From Vitrella brassicaformis CCMP3155 (taxonomy: Eukaryota; Protista; Chromerida): a stretch of DNA of 64,000 bases. Shown piece after piece: positions 51,588-60,361 of the stretch (position 1 is the stretch's first letter; each line of letters starts with the position of its first letter). Position numbers and translations under genes: made by a program. Location of the stretch: positions 434,001 to 498,000 of the forward strand of contig CDMY01000227.1 of assembly GCA_001179505.1 (NCBI GenBank). The letters run 5' to 3'. The notes beneath the pieces were generated by a model. That model worked only from the letters and a program-made list of their open reading frames with translations. It ran no database searches and had not been told where the DNA came from.

Positions 51588-53921
51588 ATGTATCCGCCGA
51601 GCCGCCGTCCGCCTCCTCCGCCTTCGCTCTCTGACTTCATCGCAGCGCCGTCACGACAACAGCCTCCTGCAGGCGCCAGGCGACCTGTCGTGCCTACCAG
51701 GAAGACCGACTGGACAGTAGAAAGCGACAAGATCACGAGGTGCGCTGACACGGCGACAGCGACGTGCGTCTTGGTTCTCGTCTGACGTGTGCTGATCCGA
51801 TCTGCTGTCTGCAGGCGATACCGTTCATCGATTCAGTGGGAGAGCGAGCACTGCTTCCAGCTTCGACACATGCCCACAGATCCGCGGACTGACTGGGAGA
51901 GGATACCGCCAGACGGCCTGGGTTTCAGGGTTGTCGTGCCATCCAAGTACCCGGAATCGGCTGCCATGCTCCAAGTGACCGATGCAGAGGTGCCTGACGA
52001 GGCGCGTGCGGTCATCTCGAAGCTGTTTGCTGAGTTTTACGAGAAGAAGAAGGGCAGCTGCATCGACTTCGTGTATGAGGGCTTGAAGTACGTGGATCGC
52101 TTTCTGGGAGAGGTCTTCGCCCCACGGCCTCCACCACCGCCGCCTGAGTCTGAGCCGGCCCCGACTGAGCATGTGGAGGCAGCAGCTGCTCCAGCAGACC
52201 CGGCAAGATGGAGCCCTGACGAACAACGAAGGTGAGAGGAGGACAGGACAGAGTACACCCACCTCCCATCATCACATCACATGTGTGTGTTCCCATCCAT
52301 CGATCCACCTACCCATCCGTCCGTCCGTCCATCAGGTTGGAGGAGGCATTGACCGAGTTTCGATCCATCGACAACCCCATCGACAAGTGGCGTCAAATCA
52401 GTCAGCGTGTGGGCGGTGGCCGGACCGCCCGCCAGTGTGCGGAGCGCTTCAAGGTGTGCCGCGCGGCCATCCTCGCCAACGAGCATCGACACCTGCAGCA
52501 GGAGGACCAACAAGAGGAGGAGGATAAGAGCGGGCTAGAGGAGTCGTCAGAGGACGGTGTGTCAGAGGGGGCCGATGAGGCCGGGGCTGGAGAAGGGGAG
52601 GAAGAGGGGGAAGGTACAGCTGGCGCAGGGGGTGGAGGGGAGGCGGCCAAGCGCGTGGCTGGCGGGGTGGACATCTCGCTCGTGGGGCTGCAGCTGGTGG
52701 GGGTGAGTGTCGTGCATCTGGCAGCCATCAGGTGAGTCAGTGAGGGCACGCTTCCGGCCGTGTGAGTAACAGCCTGCATCTGCCTGTATGTGTGTGTGGT
52801 TGCATTAGGCTGCAGCTCTCGTGTGGTCGCTGCAAGACGGCATCTGACGTCAACATGAGCTTCCCAAAGGACGGAACAACACTCGCACCAGCAGGTATGT
52901 CTGTATGTATGTCACCCGACTGACTCATCAATCCCCAGCCAGACAATCTGCTGACCTTCTTTCTGCGTGTTCAGGGACGGGTGTGGAGTGCCCTCAGTGT
53001 CACCTTCGGTTGATTGTCAAGGTGCATCCGCGGATGGCCCACCAGAACAGCTCCCTCATCGCCATCGCACAGCCGCTCTCGTGCGTCGTCAGGGACCTCC
53101 TCCCATCAGACTACATCCTCACCTGCACCAACTGCTCGGCGTCATCGCGCATGAAGGAAGTCTTCTCTGGTGAGTGAGTGAGTGCATCCATTTCATCTCA
53201 TCTATGGAAATCATGTGTGTGATCTCTCCACTTTGTGTGTTTGCAGGTGTCACACGAACGTCTGTCTGTCGGCACTGCCACAGCAAGATGGCGATCTCCT
53301 TCTCGTCCGTGGCCATCGGCATGCAGCCCGACACATCAGCCACAGGGGCCGACCTGGCCGCGCTGCTTAAGCAGCTGGACATCGATGGAGGCAAGAAGAA
53401 AAAGGGCGACGAGTTCGTCATCCGAGTGGGCACCCCGCTGCCCGACAACGGCACGTGCAAGCACTACAAGAAGTCCTATAGGTGGCTGAGGTTCCCCTGC
53501 TGTGGTAAGGCATACCCATGCGACGTGTGCCACAACGAGGCGGCCGACCATGAGTGCGAGTGGGCCACACGCATGATATGCGGCTTCTGCTCGAGGGAAC
53601 AGGTGGGTGGGTGGGCGGCCGCTGCAGGGTGTGTGTGAAGCATGTGTACGTTCGCTTCTGTTCAGCCCTACTCGCAAAAGCCATGCGTGTGCGGCGCTTC
53701 CATGACGCGCAAGACCACCACACACTGGGAGGTACGAGAGCGAGGCAACAGCTGAAGGGAGGCTGCACACACGCCGTGTGCACGTGTTGTTGTCTGGTCT
53801 GCAGGGTGGGAAGGGCTGCCGTGACGCCAGCAAGATGTCGAGCAAGGACAGCCACAAATGGAGGCTGCTCAGCAGACAGAAACAGGCCATGGAGGCTGCC
53901 GCTGCCAAGAAGAAAAAGTGA
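51588..53921 (+). CDS. CHY zinc-finger protein with RWD-like N-terminus, SANT/Myb domain and CxxC zinc ribbons
   Basis: VVVPSKYP (RWD-like); WSPDEQRRLEEAL..KWRQISQRV..TARQCAERFK (SANT); four CxxC pairs; GTPLPDNGTCKHYKKSYRWLRFPCCGKAYPCDVCH..DH..CGFCSREQ (CHY). Confidence 0.85.
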
Positions 53922-54190
53922 CCTCACGAGACGAGACTCTTTTTGTCGCGTGCTGGGGGAGGGGTCGAGTGCAGCACAGCACTTTTATGAGTGAAGGGGC
54001 CAGTCAGTGCTAGTTGCGTCGTTTTGCTGTTTGGCAGTGGCCGCGACGATTGTATGGCATTCGTGTCTGTCATTCCTTCGTTGTGTCTCTCCAAACGAGG
54101 GCGATCGAAGGGGCCGTGCGGTGTATGTGTTTATGGCGTGGCGTATGTAAGTTACCTGACTGCATGGTGCATGAAAGTGACATCAATGAA

Positions 54191-54265
54191 CGCATGTATC
54201 GACTTGGCATGAGATTCTTTCACCCGGCGTCCGCATGAAATGTACGTCCATCCATCCATCCATCC
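54191..54265 (+). repeat. Left arm of inverted repeat: 57-bp core plus (CCAT)n
   Basis: Core 54191-54247 is the reverse complement of 56970-57026 at 56 of 57 positions; (CCAT)n follows at 54248-54265. Confidence 0.95.
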
Positions 54266-54488
54266 CTCGGGGTAAGGAAAGAGGCGACAAGGGACGTGCT
54301 GTGGGAGAGGAAGATGCGGAAAGCTCCGATTGACCGTTGACCGTCGGCGCGGCCTTGAGTAGCGATTCTTTTGCCGTTGACCGTTGAGCCTCCATTTCTC
54401 GCAGAATTCAAGGGAACGGCTCGGGAAGAGAGAAGATGCTGAAAGAGTTGCTGGCGCGATGTGACGAGGGCACGGTCACCGTGTGACA

Positions 54489-56889
54489 ATGCTTGGGGTC
54501 ATGATGGCGTCACAGAGCGAGTCACAGGGTGGTGCTGAGGACGCCGCCGTCACAGATCTTGCCGACAGGACCCGTACGTATGCAATGTGAAAGTACAACA
54601 AACCGCCAAGACTGACTTGCCGTCCTCTCTTCCCTCTCAGGTTCTTCTCTTTCGTTCGGCCCGGGGCAGGGCGAGGAGTCTGGTGATGCGTCGGAGGTCA
54701 CCGATGAGTCGCTCGTCGAGCAGGAGTTCGACCAGCAGATGCAGGAAAGGAACGACTGCTACAAGACGCTCGCAACGCTGAAGCGGGACTGCTGGGAGTC
54801 GGAGCAACTCAAGAGGGTGTTCGGTAGGCAGCCGGCTATGCACGGGGACCACTCATCGATGGTGGCTGGGCTTTCCTATCTGTGTCTGGACAGATCTGCG
54901 GTACCGCAATAGAGGGCTGCGTGGGAGTGGCGATGGGCGACCGAGGGAGAGAGGGGAGGGAGGGACGAGCACTTCTGTCAGGTGGGTAAGCGGATACACA
55001 CACACTCACGCGTTGGCGACTCACAACCCATTCGTTCGTCTGTGCGCTGCGGTCCTTCAGCGCCTATCACCAGGTCATAGCGATAGTGAGTGCCTATCAC
55101 CAGAACTTGCTTCGAGTTGGTCAGATCCATTCACCTATACACCAGAACTTCTACGACCATCTGCCCATGCTGGCTCGACGCGGCAGCTTCCAGATTGCTG
55201 GCGCTAAGGTGCTGGACATGGGATGCGCACCAGGTTAGTTAGAGATGACATATGGTAGGTACGAGGGAGGGCTGGACAGCTGCATCAGGTGCCTTCCTTT
55301 GCACTTGGTGCAGGTGGGACGAGCAAGTTCTGGATCGAGGAGTGCAACGTTGCTGGTGTGGTGGTAGGTGCTCGTGGTGGGTCAGTCACCTCTATCGGAC
55401 CGACAGCGGTTGTCCTCACCTGTCTGTCTGTGTGTCTGTTGGTGTGTTGGTGTGTGTGTGTGTGTGGATGCAGGGCGTGGCCATGCCCACCAGTCGACAG
55501 GGCTTCCCCATGCAGTACAAGGCAAGTCCCAGGGGGGACACACGTCGAGTTAGTCATCATGCTGTGTGTGTGTTTAAACCGTCGGTCGCTTCAGCACGAG
55601 CGTCTGCATGTGGTGCTCCGTGACATCACTGCTGGAAGCCTCGACGATCTCATCGCCGACGTGCAGGTCAATTCCAGCAAAAACCAACGTCACACTGGCG
55701 CTCTCACCTGGCCCCCCTCTCCATTAATGCATTCTGTGCAGAGGGCCTTCCGGCGTCAGTTCGGCCAGCATGCGCCGTTTGAGTTCGACATCATCCACTG
55801 CGGGGCTGTTGGTAAGTCAAGTGGCTACTTGACTTGACGAGCCGCCCATGTGAAAATACACATCACGTACCATCGCGGCAGTGTGGCTGTACGTGTGTGG
55901 CGGGTGCAGTTCAGTCGTTCATGACGGACAGCAGCCAGGACGCGGCCTCCAAATATCGGCAGCGGCAGACGCTCATGAAGCGCCAGCTGTGCCTCGCCGT
56001 CTACTGCCTCAAGCAGGGCGGACACCTGGTGTGGCTCACCCGACCTCTCTACAATGTAACTAACCATGTGTGTGTGTGAGCATTGGCTGTCTGTGCGGAT
56101 CCTTGTTTCCCATTATGTCCTTTCCTTGGTTCAGTCCATGATGATTCTGTCTCACCTGCTGCCGCTCTTCTCCCACTTCAAGCTGTTCCGCACCAACTTC
56201 CGCATCAAGAGTCAGGTGGGTACGCACACACCCTTACTCCACTCGCTGCAACAGAGATACACAGGTAAACCCTTTGTGTGTAGCAGGTTCAGATCGTGTG
56301 CCTGAACCACCGCCCCACCATCCGCAAGTCCCCCTCGGATCTTCCGTCTGCTGCATCGTCCTCGTCGTCCTCGTCGTCTGCTGCCAGCCCCATCGTCGCA
56401 TGCCCGTGGCTGTCCGGCGCCAGCAGCAGACGATCCGTGTACCAGTGGATGAAAAGCATGCCCGAGGAGCTCGACCAGTGGAAATCGTTCTTCTGCAGAG
56501 ACGACAGGCACTCAATGGTACACGTATGACACGCCACGGCGGGCCTTGTGCACACACAGGGGCTGTGTTGTGTGTTAGTGTGCAGGCTGTGGCAGTGCAG
56601 GTGTTCGATGTGTTGAGGGCGCAGCTGGACGCCTTGTTCGTCGACCAGATAGACTTCCTCAACTTCATGCAGTCGGAGGCACAACAGGTCACACAGCCAG
56701 GACACACGCAGTGAACACGTGTCCATTTGTGTGCGTGTTCATGTCGTGTCGTGTCGTGTGTGTCAGGCGTGTGAGAGCGGCGATGAGGCGCGGCTGTGTG
56801 AGTTGGCGGATATGCTGATCGGCGGAGGCGGCCGCAACATCGACATGTCGCCCAAGAGTGTTTCAGCGCCTACCTGGCGGGAGGGCTGA
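54489..56889 (+). CDS. FtsJ/RrmJ-like SAM-dependent methyltransferase-fold protein
   Basis: SAM-binding VLDMGCAPGG; GVAMP..GFPM; FDIIHC; QLCLAVYCLKQGGHLVW; LFSHFKLF. The start is either 54489 or 54501. Confidence 0.75.
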
Positions 56890-56947
56890 TGTGATGGCTG
56901 ATGTACAGGGGGTACACTACGAGGGGAGGGAGTGCGGGTGGGTGAAT

Positions 56948-57026
56948 GGATGGATGGATGGATGGTTTCACGTACATTTCATGCGGACGCCGGGTGGAAG
57001 AATCTCATGCCAAGTCGATACATGCG
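56948..57026 (-). repeat. Right arm of inverted repeat: (GGAT)n, a 4-nt insert and the 57-bp core
   Basis: acgtacatttcatgcggacgccgggtggaagaatctcatgccaagtcgatacatgcg at 56970-57026 pairs with 54191-54247. Confidence 0.95.
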
Positions 57027-57231
57027 AGGATGATGTGAATGAACATTGATTACGTGACATTGCATCGTTTCCAGTCATACTCAGCTCCCTGTCATTCATT
57101 GATTCATTCATTCATCCATCTGTCTGTCTGTCTCATTCATTCCTTCACTTCACTTTCTCGTGGATCTTGTCCTCAGCCTCCTGAAGTGTTTTCTGAAACA
57201 CACAGCATCAGATATCACAGGCGCACACAGA

Positions 57232-58406
57232 TCATATCGCGTTGGTCTGTGTGTTGACCTGGGAGTCGATTTCGTCGAGATCGTTGCTGTGAGCATCGCT
57301 CTTGGTATGAGTGGCCTCAGTAGTCTTGTTAGCTGCCCTGAGTGTGCCCTCCTCCTGCACACCGACCCACATGGCTTCATTCCCTGTCTCCGTGCGTGTC
57401 TCTCTGTGTGTCCATCTCTACTGACATGCAGCTCGTTGATTTTGTCGATGTTGTCGTTGATTGCTTTTATCTCTTGATCGGGTGCGGTCTTCGCAGCTCG
57501 GATGTGTCGGGCCAGGCCAACGACAGCACTCGACACGCCGCCAGACACCGAGAGAGGAGACACACCATGCTGCACACACACATTCGTCACTCAGAGATAG
57601 AGAGACACGCTCACAAGGAGCGCATGTGTGTGTACGCGTTGCTTGAATCTGTGAGCAGCCGCCTTCGCTTCCTGATTGTAGAGCACACCCACCTACGACA
57701 CACAAGACACACAAAACAAGGATCGGTACGTGGATGAATGCGATGTGCTTTCATCACAGACTCACTCGTCGCATCAGATCAGCGAGTGTTTTGATCGACG
57801 ATGCCCCTTGGCCATCGTGGGTCGTCTCGCCGGCCTTGTCGTCCAAGTAACCAGCTTGTCGCATGAACAGCTGTCATGACATCGCACCACACCACATTAC
57901 ACGCAGGCACTGTGGTGCGCTGAGTGCGTGATTACTTGTGCGAGGATGGCCGGCTGGGGACATGTGTTGCACATGCCCTTTGACAGCTCTCCCACAACTT
58001 GTCTGAGATCTCTTGCCGTTGACACGACGAGCCTGTTCGCCAAAACGGTGTCTCCATTTCTGCGGGCCTTGCTCAGACGCGAAACTCTGCGCACCAGACC
58101 CTTTAATGCAACCATCGACAGCACATGACGATGAATGTGTCTGTCTCCTGCCGTCATGCTCACCGTGAGCATGTTGGGGGACGACAGCGTCTCACTCATC
58201 TTCTTGAACAGCGCGACCTGCGAAAAGAAGGAGAGGGGGAAGAGGAAGGACAGTGGGAGGTGGAAGAGTAGGTGACTGCATGAGCAGCACATTGTCATTA
58301 GCTGGCCTACTGGGTCATCGGCTTCAGCCAGAGGCACATTGTCGTTCGTGGACTGACAGAGTGCAGAGCAGCAGACAAGCAAGATGACAGCGAGACGGAG
58401 GAGCAT
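57232..58406 (-). CDS. Hypothetical secreted, mostly helical protein
   Basis: Signal peptide MLLRLAVILLVCCSALC; six exons join in frame to ..DLDEIDSQVNTQTNAI*; coiled-coil-like C-terminus. Confidence 0.7.
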
Positions 58407-58596
58407 TCTCATTGATTCTCTTTTGATGAATGAGGGCGTGGAGATACGGTGAGCTGGATGGATCGACAGTTATAACACTCGATAAACGCAACGGAAAAAA
58501 CACTGATACACGTGCACGCGTATATAATACACAAAAGTTCGTCTCTGTACAGATCGACATTCACCAACAGCTCTAGCTACAAAGCTAAAGGCTCCC

Positions 58597-60041
58597 TCAA
58601 GGAGGTTTCGCCGCCTCAAGCTTTCGACGTTTCGCCAGTTCGATCTCGTGCTGCCTCCAATCAGCCCGCAGCAGGAAGCTCTGCTTCTGCAGGTACCTGA
58701 TGGATGCACGACACACAGGCAGAGAAGCAGAGTTTGCGATTGGTGGTCTGCCTGCGTGTGTGTGTCGTCATCCATCCCACCCGTCCTTTGTCTTTTGTTT
58801 GAGCTCCTCCTCAATGCCCGCCTGCTCCTTGAAGTTTTGCCTGGTGGTGGTGAGCGAATGCATGGATGGATGACGAATCTCTATGTCTGCTTGTGAGTGT
58901 AGGTGTACCACTCGACTGCAGACTTGTGGACCGATGTGACGGCCTTCTGGCCGCTCAAACCTGACACACACACCACACACACCACGCCAGTCACAACATA
59001 ATCATGGCTGTCGTTTGTCAGTGGTCACTCACCTTTGAGCATCTGTTCGATGGCGCCAAATTTGCCGCCGAGCTCCTGCTTCCTCTTTCTGTCCTGACCC
59101 TGACACACACACACATCAGCAACCGCATGAATACAGTGTGAGCGTGTGAGATGCAGCACATGTGTGTTTGATCTTGCCTTACCCTTTGGAACTTCTGCGC
59201 CTCTCGCGAGCTCTTATCGACCTTCCTCTGCAGCGTGATGGACTCACCGGCAAACCGCACCTGTTCCGTCACGGTCATCTTCCCAGCATCAGCAACTGCG
59301 TGACACACATTAAGACAGAGAAGAAAGTGTGTCAATGCGTCTGAGGTCGGCGACCATGCCTCACCTTCGCCGAGAGCCCGCCTGACTGCCTCGGTGTCGA
59401 TGCCCTGAGATGTCGACCGACTCTCCTGAAAGACCAGAAACACATCACATCATCATATGCGTCGGCAATGTTTGTTTACGCTCTCGCACCTGCTTGAGTG
59501 AGCGGACGTCCAGGTGGTCTGGCTCTCCCTTGACGGCATTGTTGACCAGCCCAATGTAGTGCTGCAGTTCGTTCTTGTAGATGTTCTGCTTCCTGTCGGG
59601 CTTGGGATGGCGCCTCTGGAACTGAAGCATGATGTCGCTCGCGTCAACCTGACAACAACACCTGAGAGCACTGACAGGCCAGACGCTGGGCACAGATCTG
59701 GCTGGCTCACAGTGGGAGGGTGGATGCCTTTCTTGATTGACTCGAGCTTCATCTCTTGGAACTCCTGGTTTATCCTCGCCGCCTGGCGCTCCTTCTTGAC
59801 CGCCTTGCGGTGCTCCTTTATGTGTGCAGCCGCTCCTCTGCGTACGAACGCACAGACACAGATCAAGAATCAACGTGAGTAAAGCATTGTGGCTTTCTCA
59901 CCCGTCTTTGCCTTTCTTGCCCTTCTTGCCGTCCTCCTCCTCGTCCTCATCGTCACCATCATCGACATAGTCCTCGTCATCCTCGTCGGAGTCCTCCCCG
60001 CCGAGCGCCGCCGCATTGAGCATGTCACTCCAACTCGCCAT
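58597..60041 (-). CDS. CFDP1: BCNT/CFDP1 (Swc5-like) chromatin-remodelling complex subunit
   Basis: Acidic N-terminus EDSDEDDEDY; BCNT-C domain HKSAVEWYTY-KEQAGIEEELKQKTKDGYLQKQSFLLRADWRQHEIE. Confidence 0.88.
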
Positions 60042-60113
60042 CACTGACCTTTGCTCCAGGCTCCGACGAGCAGCAAACAAGCGGCTCTGGCCCTTTTGCT
60101 CGCAAAAGCCACT

Positions 60114-60122
60114 AAGCTCGCA
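60114..60122 (-). promoter_or_regulatory. TGCGAGCTT putative promoter element (CFDP1 / repeat protein pair)
   Basis: aagctcgca on the + strand; a variant tgctcgca lies about 16 bp upstream. Confidence 0.55.
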
Positions 60123-60361
60123 GATCTGGCGAGTGCAGATCTGAAGCAGTGAAGCAGCCGAAGCGGCGGCTGCCACACCTCAAGGGACGAAAGCACTTCC
60201 AAGAGCAGCCACTCCATTTGCTTGGCTATCAGCCCCTCGCTGCTCTGGTGTCGCTGCCCTGAGCGGATTGGTGGCATCAAAGAGAGCTGCATTAGCCACA
60301 CGTCGACACCCTCAGAGCGGACCTGTCTGCGCCTCTGTCTGATGATGAAGCAACTGCCCTG

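Noticed and set aside
50722-51720. 332-aa plus-strand ORF
   Set aside because: Antisense to the first exon of multi-TM copy B; no recognisable motifs.
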